A stretch of DNA of 64,000 nt from Christensenellaceae bacterium. GTDB taxonomy: Bacteria; Bacillota; Clostridia; Christensenellales; DTU072. A program made the translations under genes and the position numbers. Below the pieces are notes generated by a model. It saw only the letters and a list, made by a program, of their open reading frames with translations. It was not told the DNA's origin and made no database searches. Positions 9,041 through 19,657 of the stretch are shown piece after piece. The stretch spans positions 17,997 through 81,996 of the forward strand of contig JAIRKT010000022.1 in assembly GCA_031259965.1 (NCBI GenBank), in the 5' to 3' direction. Positions within the stretch are counted from its first letter, which is position 1, and the number at the start of each line of letters is the position of its first letter.

Positions 9041-12000
9041 ATGAATATACGGTATAAATTTTCATTTTGCATTATTTTTTCTGTTTTAATCATATTATGT
9101 TTTGCACTTGTAGGTGCTAGCAATTTATTTAAAGCTAGCGCTTTTACAATGCCAGACGGACTATATAACGCGGCACCTTCTGGGAATACTCTAATTGGCT
9201 CTGCCCCCTGGAATAATGATGCTAGTTATTTAGGCAACAATAACGAGGGATTGCAATTTGGCACAAACGCTATGCAGACACGTGCAATTTCTGGTCAACT
9301 ATCAACCGCACAAACTGATCTTAATGAAGGTGTAAATAGAGATTTTAGATCTACGGGTTTAACAAGATACATACTTACGACAGCATCAATTGAAGGAACT
9401 GCTGGTCAAAGTGGCGCGTCGGTTGTTTCAAACATTAAACTTAACACTGCAGACGATAACTATGCGGCAGTGTCTTATGCGTTAGCTATTCCAAATTATA
9501 ACGTTAAAGTTAGGTTTTCCGCCACAATTGAAAATACTGGCGGAGATCCCACAGAGTATCAGTTATTCCTTAATTTTTATCCGTATGGTACTAATTCAAA
9601 TGATGGCAAAAGTAGCAATCAAGATAAGATTACAGTTATTGGCAATTCTAGCGGGCAGTTTGCTGGCACGAATGAATTTAAAGTACCAACCTTTATTGGT
9701 GATCTAAGTAATGCGATATTAGAAATAATATTTTATGCTCCTGCAGGTGCCCTGTTTAAAATGACATCTCCTAGTGTAAAAGTTTCACTAGATATTGATG
9801 AGGATCTCACTAAACTTAACATAGTAAGCAGTTCCACAATAGAAGTTTCTGGTTTAAACCGAAGCACAAGAACAATTATAGCAGGCGGCTCATCTCTAGA
9901 TTTAAATACTTTTTATTTAAAAGCAGGTGATCATATAGCATTTACAACTAATGTTTATACTATGGGTAGTTCTACGAATAGATATAAATTTCCTGAAAAG
10001 TATCCATACATATTTGGTTTGCAAAATTTAGAGGGTACTCAGCGGTTTATAGGAAAATACGATAACGGACAATACATCTACACAAATCCAGCGTGCATAG
10101 TTTATGAGAGTTCTGGAATTGATTTAACAAAGGTTACTGAAGAACAACTAGTCGATGCTAGCAATCCTAGTCAAGTATCATATAGAACTGAGTTCATAGT
10201 TGGGCAAAATGTACTAAACGCGCTTTATTTTAACATAAGGCCCAAGGTAATAACAGGTATTGATTTAGATGGTAATTATTTAGTAAAGTATCAAAGGGCG
10301 GCTGGGCCCTACAAGATATATCTTGATACTGGTGCACCTGGAATGCCGACAATAAATCCATCCTCTTCATTCGGGAGTGCGATTAATAATGGTGTGTGGT
10401 TTACTGATAGGTCTGATCCAACACTTGATATGGTTAATACAAATCTCCAAGTTGTAACAGACGAATACACATATGCAATACTATTGCCATCGTATATAAC
10501 TTCACTAGATATGACGCAGCTTGATTTTACTAGCTTAAACGCAGAGTTTGACGATGGTACTAATGTAAAAAATCAGTCAGTCACTGTGTCTGGTGGTACT
10601 GCTATGGCTGAAATACAGCGCATATTCAAATATGATAGTGCCAGGCAGAATACCCCATCTACGAGCAAGCCCTTGGTTTTTTCGCATTCTGGTGAATATT
10701 CATTGTTCTTAATAACTGTTGATGTGACAGGAAATTATAGTAATCCACGTACCTATACTAACGTTCGAGTAGACGCACAGTATCATGATGTAGCATTGGA
10801 ATATAGTGTGGGCGGAGGCACAATCACAAAGGGCAAGGGCACAGTAAGTGTTTTGTACATAGTTGGTGCTTCGCAGCATGACGCAAACGGAAAACTAATA
10901 AACAATGCAGCATACTATATTAACAATGCCAAATCATATACTCAAGACACTGGAGCTAAACGTGGAGAATTCATAACTTTTATGTTTAGAATGGACGCTA
11001 ATGCATACAATTTTTACAGGCTAGAAAGTTATATGAATAAGGCATCGGATAATACACAAATTACGAGACCTGTTTTGACTTTAGAGGGAGGTGAGTATTA
11101 TTTATTCATAACATACATTATGGATGATGCAAATGTAGAGGAAGGGTGTATAGTTGAGTGTAGTTTGCTTGAAAAAGCGGTTATAAGTGTACAAGAAAGT
11201 TCATTTGTTTATACTGGTTCACATATTAACATGAATAATTATTCATCAATTTTGTCATTAACATCTACTGGCGCGAATGGCGCAAAGATTAATGATGTTG
11301 CGGCGTCATTTAAATATTATGATTTGCTTAGTGCATCAGCTGTGGTTTCAGATTCTAATAAAGTCACAATAACTTTATCTGGCACAGAGTATGTTGTGGA
11401 GTCACAAAATCCATTAATTGTAGTTGCAAGCACATACAAACTGGATGGTAGAGAATATTATTCAGCTAAAGTAAGCCAGATATCGCCCAATCATTACGAT
11501 TTAAGAATTGTTTGTTTGGAACCTGATGCCGTCAAAGCATCTGTATACAACGCAGGTGAATATTGGTATCGTGCTGAAATTACAGAGCAGATCGGTATTC
11601 CTAGATATTTTGGTATTGCGCAAAATTTTCTGACAATAAACAAAGCATCACCTGACGTAAATAGTTTAAGTGCTGCAAATTTAACATATGGTGATTCACT
11701 TGAAAAAATATTATATACTAGCAGAACAATCCCAGGTGTTTTAATTGATAGCAATTCCTCGGTAACATTTCTAGATTCTCAAACTATAATTAAAAGGTTG
11801 TATTTTACCGCATCAGAAGTCTATGGTGAATATATAATCAGATCTATAGAAGCTGGAACTGATGAATATACCAAGCCTCAAGCTGGTAGAATCAACATAA
11901 CTATAGAATTTGTACCATTTAATCCGCTTTTTAAATTAGACGGATCACCTTTGAATGAAAATGAAGTTGTAGAATATTGCAGTTTGTACTCATTCTATTA

Positions 12001-15000
12001 CAATTATTATAATGGTACTACATTAAACGATTCAAATGGTAAGCATGCTCTAAATTACGCAGCTGCTACTTACACAATAAGCCTAGTTATTGACAAAGCA
12101 ATGGCTTCCATTGAAGTAAACGAACAAAGTTTAGATTTAACATATACAGGAAGCGCTCTTGAGCCTACATTTACAACTAATCCACAAGGCCTTGGGTATA
12201 TTCATTTATACGAATTAAAAAATTCAAATGGAATATATAACGCTAAAACCACTGCTCTGCCTGTTGTAGCTGGCGAATACAGAGTGACATACTATATAGA
12301 CGATTCAAATTATCAGTCTGAAGAGATGATTAGCACATTTATTGTTAAGAAAATGAATATTAAAATAGCTGTTGATAATGACTCATTAACACCATGTAAT
12401 GATAATTTGATAACTTCGAGCATAACAGATCAAAATGTTACATATTCATATTACATGCAAAATAGTTATGGAAGGCTAACGGTCCCTAATCCTACCATTT
12501 TAGATGATATTGAAGTAGGAGGTATAACATATAGATATTCATACAAGATGATGCGCGATTGGACGGGAGAATCCGTGATGTCAGATTATAGTGAACCAGC
12601 TACTCTCCAGATTACAAATGCATCGATGATATCAGGTGTATACTTGATTAAAATAATTGTTGACGCCTTAAATTACACTGGTGAATGTTCAATAATGTTG
12701 TATATGGCCCCCGCTAATGCTAATGATACTCTTGAAACTACGAATTTTTTGTATGCTTTTCCAGATGTCTTGTCTACATATGCTGTGTACAATATTGGAT
12801 CTTCAATACCAGTTAGTATAAGTTACGACACAACAATAGGACATGTCGAATATGGACAAACTATAGCCGAATTAATAGTTGATAACCAAATTTTTTCGAA
12901 TCTCGCAAATGCTGGCGTTCAATATTTATATTTGACTGGTAGAGATTCGGTTGCAGGTAGATTTAGATTATCAAATGAAGAAGAGATTGCAATTCTAAAT
13001 AATATTACATTAGATACAAGAACTGATAGTATTACTAATGAGCAAACCAAAATTTTGCCAGTGAGATATGACTTATATACTGGCAATACTATTGCGTATA
13101 ATGCATTTATTATTTGGGAAGCTGGTGAATATAATGATAACGGGGTTTTTATTGTAAATAACGATTTTAAATCAATAACCAAATCAATTTCTTTATACGT
13201 AGCAAGGGCCACTCCTACCTTTGAAAACATAGAGCCTTTTGATAGTGTTGTATACGAAACAAAGTTGTCAGATGTTGTCTTCATTGGAAAACCTCATGTT
13301 GCAGGAAATAATGGTACAATAACAGGAATAAAGGGATATGACCTTGAAAATTATGAATATAATATAACACCTGAAAATGGAGAGTATATACCAGAGACAG
13401 GTTCTAACACTGTAACATTTGTTTTTACACCTCGTGAAGATATTTATCTTAAAAGATACAGAGAAGTTGCCTTTTCAATTGAAATTATTGTTACACAAAA
13501 AGAGGGATCAATTGAAATAGGTGAAAATGCGAGTGCACAATTTGGCGATATTTATACCAATCCACCGGCCACAACTCTTCCACAAGGTTTAGCACTCAAG
13601 TACGAATACTTTGACGCATCTAACAAGCCTGTGGTAGTAGGTCCTGCTACGCCAGTTGGAACATACACACTAAAAGTTAGTATAAATGAAAAAAATTATT
13701 ATGGAGAGGCAACTTCTACTTATGTTATAGAAAAAGCCACTCTTGTTTGGAATGTTCAACCTGTTACGGTTCAAGGTGAAATTAGATACGGTGTTAAAAT
13801 TAAAGATATTGCACTAACTACTGGTGGCTCTCTTAAAACAAGAGAAGGCACATACATTCTTCCCGGTTCATTTGTTTGCTCTTCGATAGATGACTATGAA
13901 ATAGATGATTATATTCCAACTGGAAAACATAATGTGTATGTTAAATATACTCCATCTATGATAATAGAAGATGGCTTCGATAACAATTACATTGTGCCAG
14001 ATCTCACTATTTCGATAGAAATTTTAAAAGCAAATCCTATTATTATTGTAAGTGATATCTCAAAAACTTATGATGGAGAGAGTAAAGGTGCGACAATATC
14101 TTTTGATGGGCTAATACCTAGTTATATAGTTTCGTATACTAGTCTATACACAAACAAATCTTCAGGAGTATCTTTGGGAGTAAATATGCTTCCTACATTA
14201 GCTGGTGAATATACTCTACTGATAACAATTGATGATAGTCATTATCAGGGTAGCACTAGCAGTAATTTTACTATTTTAAAAGCCATCACCACTGTTGCGC
14301 CTATAAACTATGTTTTTGCGTATGATGGTGCTTCACACACATTTACCTATTCTAAATCTGTAGAGGGTTTAAATTATTCACTGACCTACATTAATAGTAC
14401 GGGGATAGAATACACACAACCACCATCTGTCGCTGGTAAATATACGGTTAATATTAAACTAAATGAAGGCTATTTAGAATCTAATTATCAAATAAGTGGG
14501 ACCGGTAATTATTCATTTTATATTGTACCAGTTGTAAATGGAATAGTTGATGTTTCTAAGCTACAGCAATACTATGGCGCGACGCAACCTGTCAATGTTA
14601 CATTTACTTATCCACCTACTAGCATTGAGACAAAATATGTAAGCGTGACAAATGATATTGTTTTGTACGATCATGATTTTAATTCCGCGCCTGCAGACAT
14701 ATATGATCTTCATTTTAATATTGTAGTCAATGGATTAACATGCACTGTGATCGCTGGCAAAACTTCGTCTATTGATGAAAACTTTTATTCGAGGGTGATA
14801 ATCCCAGATGAGGGAACTTTCAATTTATATGATGCGGGCAATACTTCATATGTTACTGATCTCTATGTGGTAGTCAGAAAATCTCCTGTTAACATCATAT
14901 TAGAAAGCCGCTACGAAACAACTTACACGGCGAGCAATTTTGATCCAAAAACCATGGGAATTTATGTTGAGCTAGATTCATATCAACCAAAGTTGCTCTT

Positions 15001-18000
15001 TAGTTATATTGACATGGACGCGAAAAATGACCAAACAGAGAAAGATAATGTAGCTGTAGCTGGTAAATATAAGGTAATTGTTAAAATAGATGATATGAAC
15101 TATGTAGGAGAGGCCAACACTGAATTAACAATTAAAAAAGCGACTCCAAACGCAAATCAAGCACCAACCCTAGCAGAAAAATATAGTTATAGTGATGATC
15201 CTTCAAAGGTTGTTTTCAAAAACGATGGTTGGGTATTATTTAATGGTAATAACATAGAGGGTCTTTGGTATGTAGATACAACTGATTTTGATAAGCTGCC
15301 TGTAGGACAATATGATAATATCAGCTTTCGATTTGAACCCTTCAATACTAGTTTGAATAATGCATATATTTATGGTAGTGTTAACATAAGCAAAAAAAAT
15401 ATAAAAGAATACTTGGCATATGAGAGTGCTGATTTAGTACAGGAATATAATAGAGATCAACATAGTGTGCGTGCGTATATTAGAGATAGATCAGCTGAGT
15501 TTATGGCGGCTGATAGTAGTTTGAATCTTATAGTTACCTATAACAATAACACTTACGCACCTGAACAATGTGATGATTATAATATAATGATCTACGTTGT
15601 AAGTATCTATTATGAAGGTTCAATAGGTGGAGATAATACTATAATAATGAAGGTAAAGCCAGCAACTCCTAGTATTATTCTACCTACATTCCCATCATTA
15701 ACTGCAGGTCAACCATTAAGTAATGTATCACCTACTGGCGGGCTAGCCTATATTGGTGATACAATTCATACGATAGATGGTGTCTTTTATTTTAATGATC
15801 CAACCCAAACATCTACTCTTTTGAATGAAAGACAATTTCTAATGACATTTGCACCAACAGATTCTGTCAATTATAATTCACCCACATTCCCTGTATATGT
15901 GTTGATAGTGCCAGCTGAGCCTGTAGAATATTACTATGGCACAGCGCAAGTTGAACCATTCGTATATGGACAGACACTTAGCAGCATTCAAATTACGCCA
16001 AAACGGGAACATGATAATTATATACCTGGTACTTTTGAATGGGTAGATAGCACGCTTATGCCTAAAAATTTGGATGTTGTTTCATATCGGTTTATTCCAT
16101 CTAAAATACAAATAGATAGTGATTCGCAAAAACCATTCTACGATATTTATCCTATTGTAACTGGCACTGTAACAGTTAATGTAAACAATGCTGATTTTGC
16201 GATTGAATATGGTGCATATGGAATAGTTTATGTAGGCGAGACTCTAAGTCAGGTTAGACTATATGTAACTCCTTTAAACTCAACCACAAATTTACCAATA
16301 AATGACTATAATATTCTGCTGCAACAGGGCAATACGCAAATTCCTTTAAATACTGTCATAACAACTGCCTATTTGAGCACAGCACAACCTGTATTAACTC
16401 TTGATGTTAGCATACTACTAACAAAGAGTTATTACAACATGAAATCATTTAATATTACAGATATAAGGGTTCGCAATCTTTTGAATCCAATCAACTTTAA
16501 TACTTCTGTATTTACAAAAAAATATGACGGCATTGCGCTTACTGGATTATCTTTATTAACTACAGTGGGATTGAATGTTACAAGCACTTCATTTGAGCAT
16601 GATTTATCTAAATATACAATAAATTCTATATTTAGAGATGGAATATTAGTAGAATCGGTATTAGACGCTGGTAGTTATGTAATTAACATTACATATGATG
16701 ATGGTATACATTATGGAACTACACAATTCCAATTCGAAGTAACAAAGCGCGATATTTCAAACGCAATTAGTTTACTAGACGGCACTTCTACAATACAATT
16801 TGTTTATGGATCGACTAAAGATACATTTGAACTCAAGTTTACAGAGGTAATTGACAACCAAGTATTTAATTATGACGCGCTAGAAATACTTCCATATATT
16901 TCGTTTAAATATGTAGACACAAATAATTCCATAACATATGGCGCAACTGCGCCTAGAAACGCAGGCGAGTATACTGTAGACGTTTCTATTTCAGTAGGCT
17001 GTCCTATGTATTCTGGTTCGAGAAAATTTGTGTATATAATAGTAAGAAAAGAAATTCAGATATACTTCCCAAGCTCTGGTTATACTTTCCAATATGGCGA
17101 CGCGATTTCAATAATACCTGTTATTGATGTAGTCGATGCTGAAGCCTATTATTTGACTTTCAATAGTAATATAGGTGTTCCGGAGAATGCTGGATCTTAT
17201 TTAGTAAGGGCACATTTGGATGGCAAAAATTTCTATGGGACATCAGAGCCCATTGGTTTGCTAATAGAAAAAGCAAAATTGGTTGTAACTCAACTTCCTA
17301 CAGTATCTGGCCTCATTTATGGACAGAATTTGGGAAGTGCAAAAATATCTGGTGGTTCTTGCGCTAATGCCAAGAGTGGTAAAGTTGCGGAAGGCGCTTT
17401 CTATTTTATGAATCCTGATAGCATATCATTTACAGCAGGTGCAAATAATAGGGTTTACCTTAAATATATATATAACGACAACTACGAAATTTTAGAAAAT
17501 ATTCAAGTTGATGTAACAGTTGGAAAAGCTACTTCTAGTATTTCTGTAATAAGTCAAACAGCTGTTTACACAGGCGGTGAGGTTAAACCCTTAGTAAATT
17601 CTGATACTGCATACCCTGTAACATACGAAATGCTGTTTACTCGTGATTATGCTGTCGTGTCGCCTATTAATGTGGGTGAATACACAGTTAGAATTACAAT
17701 AAATGATGATAATTATCAAGGCGAGATTAGTAATTTGATTTTTACAATTACACCTATCGAGGCAAAGGACCATATACCCCCAGTAACCTCATCAATTAGT
17801 TATGGAGCATCCTTAAGTGTTAGTTCGTTTTTTGGTGGATCAGTAATTTATTTTGATGGGATTTCAACGCCTGGAACTTTTGTATATGCTTCTCCAGCGC
17901 TTGTGCCAGGTGTGAATGAAAAAGTCATAGGACTTGGAGGGCCTGGTGATGTTGGGGTTTATAAAGTGGGTTACAAATTTATACCATCTGATAGTTTGAA

Positions 18001-19657
18001 TTATCAAGAATGGAGTGGGGAGATTCACATAACTGTTACTAAGGCTATAGCTTCTATAATAGTTACTAATTATAACTTTGTTTATGGCGAATTTATAACA
18101 GCTCCTACATTTAATACACTACCAGGTGGCATAATAGTTCAAAACGATGAGTTTGTTTCTTCTGGTTTTGAGGGCACGACGCGGACCGCTGGTGTATACA
18201 ATTTTAGAGCCTATATTCAGAACGAATATTATACAGGTGAAACTGTATATAACATTATAGTAGCGAAAAAGGCTGTGTCATTCAAGTTTGTTAACGATGC
18301 TAACAATGAAGTTGAAAAATATTTAACTGAATATAATGTTCCTCTGAGTGTGGCTATAGCGATAGACGCAGATTCTGTTTATGCAACAGACGGTGGCACA
18401 GCTAGTGTTATAAAAATGTTGAGTAACAATATACTATTTACCTACTCTGAGAAGAATGTAGCTAATTCCACAATTTATTTTACACCACCTACAAAGGTTG
18501 GTGTCTACACTGTGTCAGTTACTATTTCTAACAACAACTATTATATTAAGACTGAGGATTCACAAATTGATTATGAAATTGAGAGGGCTACTGTTAAAAA
18601 GATAGAATTTGACGCAAACAGCATAAGCAATCAGATCTATGGATCAGTTACAATGCCTTTGGTAACAATAGAACCCACAGGCGTACCATACGAGTTAAGA
18701 TTCGACGATCAGCCATACCTGCCAACTTCAGTAGGTGATCATAACGTTGTTATAATAATATCCGATCCAAATTATGTTCCGATCTCAAAACAAAACAGAT
18801 TCAGGATTCTACCAAAAAGCATAACTATAGAAGACATTGTGGTGTTGAATAAGGCCTTTGATGGCACTGCGAATTTGACTATAACAGCATCTCTTAAAGG
18901 TGTTATAAGAAACGATGAGGTATATCTTAATATCGAAGCTAGAACTAAAGATTCTGCGACTGAGGTTGGGTATCATGAAGTTCAAATCACTAAGTGGGAA
19001 TTAAAAGGGCAGCATGCTGGCAACTATACAATTGCTCAAACCCCTGTATACGAATCAAGAATTAGTATTACTAACCAAAAGGTTGAAGATTCGAGTGGGA
19101 GCGGTTATATAACTTCAAATGAAGGGTTTAGTCCAAACATAACTATAGATATACGAGATGTTACGTCGAGTGCAAATCCCTCTAATGTATTTACTGTAAT
19201 ACTAGGTCAAAAAGCGATTGTCAAGGCTGTTTCACTAAAAGAAAACGGCAACAATTTAGTACTAGGTGAGAAAGTTAAATTTTACATACTACTGCCTGAA
19301 TCTTATCGCAATTCAAAAAGCCTCGAGTTTAGACAAGCGGGAAATCTTGAAGGTGAAGCGGTGGCGTTTACAAGGGAAGGTGATTATATTACTTTTTATG
19401 CCGATAGATCTGGTGAGATTGTAATTCTTGCACACGATTTTCCATATTGGTTAATCATTGTAGGTGGCGCATTATTATTAATAGTTAGTTTGTTTGTCTT
19501 TATAAAAGCCATGCCAGCAAGACGGCAGTTATACACAACAAGAAGGTTTAGGCGCGAATATCAAAAGCGCGCATATACAACAAACAGAATTGCAGCTATA
19601 GCTGAAAAAAAGAAAATCCGAGAAGAGGAGTCAAAATATAATGCCAGATTCGATTAA
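9041..19657 (+). CDS. Giant type-I membrane-anchored surface protein with MBG/YDG-like Ig-type repeat modules (3,538 aa)
   Basis: The tracked ORF starts at 8990, but the ATG at 9041 gives a canonical signal peptide (MNIRYKFSFCIIFSVLIILCFALVGASNLFKASA|F) and has GGAGG 11 nt upstream. From about nt 11640 there are on the order of 25 modules of ~95 aa. They are delimited by I-x-K-A-x-P/S boundaries and carry YTG/YDG...AGEY...NY motifs. The C-terminal TM (YWLIIVGGALLLIVSLFVFI, ~19445-19505) is followed by a basic tail. No LPXTG. Confidence 0.9.
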   Translation: MNIRYKFSFCIIFSVLIILCFALVGASNLFKASAFTMPDGLYNAAPSGNTLIGSAPWNNDASYLGNNNEGLQFGTNAMQTRAISGQLSTAQTDLNEGVNRDFRSTGLTRYILTTASIEGTAGQSGASVVSNIKLNTADDNYAAVSYALAIPNYNVKVRFSATIENTGGDPTEYQLFLNFYPYGTNSNDGKSSNQDKITVIGNSSGQFAGTNEFKVPTFIGDLSNAILEIIFYAPAGALFKMTSPSVKVSLDIDEDLTKLNIVSSSTIEVSGLNRSTRTIIAGGSSLDLNTFYLKAGDHIAFTTNVYTMGSSTNRYKFPEKYPYIFGLQNLEGTQRFIGKYDNGQYIYTNPACIVYESSGIDLTKVTEEQLVDASNPSQVSYRTEFIVGQNVLNALYFNIRPKVITGIDLDGNYLVKYQRAAGPYKIYLDTGAPGMPTINPSSSFGSAINNGVWFTDRSDPTLDMVNTNLQVVTDEYTYAILLPSYITSLDMTQLDFTSLNAEFDDGTNVKNQSVTVSGGTAMAEIQRIFKYDSARQNTPSTSKPLVFSHSGEYSLFLITVDVTGNYSNPRTYTNVRVDAQYHDVALEYSVGGGTITKGKGTVSVLYIVGASQHDANGKLINNAAYYINNAKSYTQDTGAKRGEFITFMFRMDANAYNFYRLESYMNKASDNTQITRPVLTLEGGEYYLFITYIMDDANVEEGCIVECSLLEKAVISVQESSFVYTGSHINMNNYSSILSLTSTGANGAKINDVAASFKYYDLLSASAVVSDSNKVTITLSGTEYVVESQNPLIVVASTYKLDGREYYSAKVSQISPNHYDLRIVCLEPDAVKASVYNAGEYWYRAEITEQIGIPRYFGIAQNFLTINKASPDVNSLSAANLTYGDSLEKILYTSRTIPGVLIDSNSSVTFLDSQTIIKRLYFTASEVYGEYIIRSIEAGTDEYTKPQAGRINITIEFVPFNPLFKLDGSPLNENEVVEYCSLYSFYYNYYNGTTLNDSNGKHALNYAAATYTISLVIDKAMASIEVNEQSLDLTYTGSALEPTFTTNPQGLGYIHLYELKNSNGIYNAKTTALPVVAGEYRVTYYIDDSNYQSEEMISTFIVKKMNIKIAVDNDSLTPCNDNLITSSITDQNVTYSYYMQNSYGRLTVPNPTILDDIEVGGITYRYSYKMMRDWTGESVMSDYSEPATLQITNASMISGVYLIKIIVDALNYTGECSIMLYMAPANANDTLETTNFLYAFPDVLSTYAVYNIGSSIPVSISYDTTIGHVEYGQTIAELIVDNQIFSNLANAGVQYLYLTGRDSVAGRFRLSNEEEIAILNNITLDTRTDSITNEQTKILPVRYDLYTGNTIAYNAFIIWEAGEYNDNGVFIVNNDFKSITKSISLYVARATPTFENIEPFDSVVYETKLSDVVFIGKPHVAGNNGTITGIKGYDLENYEYNITPENGEYIPETGSNTVTFVFTPREDIYLKRYREVAFSIEIIVTQKEGSIEIGENASAQFGDIYTNPPATTLPQGLALKYEYFDASNKPVVVGPATPVGTYTLKVSINEKNYYGEATSTYVIEKATLVWNVQPVTVQGEIRYGVKIKDIALTTGGSLKTREGTYILPGSFVCSSIDDYEIDDYIPTGKHNVYVKYTPSMIIEDGFDNNYIVPDLTISIEILKANPIIIVSDISKTYDGESKGATISFDGLIPSYIVSYTSLYTNKSSGVSLGVNMLPTLAGEYTLLITIDDSHYQGSTSSNFTILKAITTVAPINYVFAYDGASHTFTYSKSVEGLNYSLTYINSTGIEYTQPPSVAGKYTVNIKLNEGYLESNYQISGTGNYSFYIVPVVNGIVDVSKLQQYYGATQPVNVTFTYPPTSIETKYVSVTNDIVLYDHDFNSAPADIYDLHFNIVVNGLTCTVIAGKTSSIDENFYSRVIIPDEGTFNLYDAGNTSYVTDLYVVVRKSPVNIILESRYETTYTASNFDPKTMGIYVELDSYQPKLLFSYIDMDAKNDQTEKDNVAVAGKYKVIVKIDDMNYVGEANTELTIKKATPNANQAPTLAEKYSYSDDPSKVVFKNDGWVLFNGNNIEGLWYVDTTDFDKLPVGQYDNISFRFEPFNTSLNNAYIYGSVNISKKNIKEYLAYESADLVQEYNRDQHSVRAYIRDRSAEFMAADSSLNLIVTYNNNTYAPEQCDDYNIMIYVVSIYYEGSIGGDNTIIMKVKPATPSIILPTFPSLTAGQPLSNVSPTGGLAYIGDTIHTIDGVFYFNDPTQTSTLLNERQFLMTFAPTDSVNYNSPTFPVYVLIVPAEPVEYYYGTAQVEPFVYGQTLSSIQITPKREHDNYIPGTFEWVDSTLMPKNLDVVSYRFIPSKIQIDSDSQKPFYDIYPIVTGTVTVNVNNADFAIEYGAYGIVYVGETLSQVRLYVTPLNSTTNLPINDYNILLQQGNTQIPLNTVITTAYLSTAQPVLTLDVSILLTKSYYNMKSFNITDIRVRNLLNPINFNTSVFTKKYDGIALTGLSLLTTVGLNVTSTSFEHDLSKYTINSIFRDGILVESVLDAGSYVINITYDDGIHYGTTQFQFEVTKRDISNAISLLDGTSTIQFVYGSTKDTFELKFTEVIDNQVFNYDALEILPYISFKYVDTNNSITYGATAPRNAGEYTVDVSISVGCPMYSGSRKFVYIIVRKEIQIYFPSSGYTFQYGDAISIIPVIDVVDAEAYYLTFNSNIGVPENAGSYLVRAHLDGKNFYGTSEPIGLLIEKAKLVVTQLPTVSGLIYGQNLGSAKISGGSCANAKSGKVAEGAFYFMNPDSISFTAGANNRVYLKYIYNDNYEILENIQVDVTVGKATSSISVISQTAVYTGGEVKPLVNSDTAYPVTYEMLFTRDYAVVSPINVGEYTVRITINDDNYQGEISNLIFTITPIEAKDHIPPVTSSISYGASLSVSSFFGGSVIYFDGISTPGTFVYASPALVPGVNEKVIGLGGPGDVGVYKVGYKFIPSDSLNYQEWSGEIHITVTKAIASIIVTNYNFVYGEFITAPTFNTLPGGIIVQNDEFVSSGFEGTTRTAGVYNFRAYIQNEYYTGETVYNIIVAKKAVSFKFVNDANNEVEKYLTEYNVPLSVAIAIDADSVYATDGGTASVIKMLSNNILFTYSEKNVANSTIYFTPPTKVGVYTVSVTISNNNYYIKTEDSQIDYEIERATVKKIEFDANSISNQIYGSVTMPLVTIEPTGVPYELRFDDQPYLPTSVGDHNVVIIISDPNYVPISKQNRFRILPKSITIEDIVVLNKAFDGTANLTITASLKGVIRNDEVYLNIEARTKDSATEVGYHEVQITKWELKGQHAGNYTIAQTPVYESRISITNQKVEDSSGSGYITSNEGFSPNITIDIRDVTSSANPSNVFTVILGQKAIVKAVSLKENGNNLVLGEKVKFYILLPESYRNSKSLEFRQAGNLEGEAVAFTREGDYITFYADRSGEIVILAHDFPYWLIIVGGALLLIVSLFVFIKAMPARRQLYTTRRFRREYQKRAYTTNRIAAIAEKKKIREEESKYNARFD

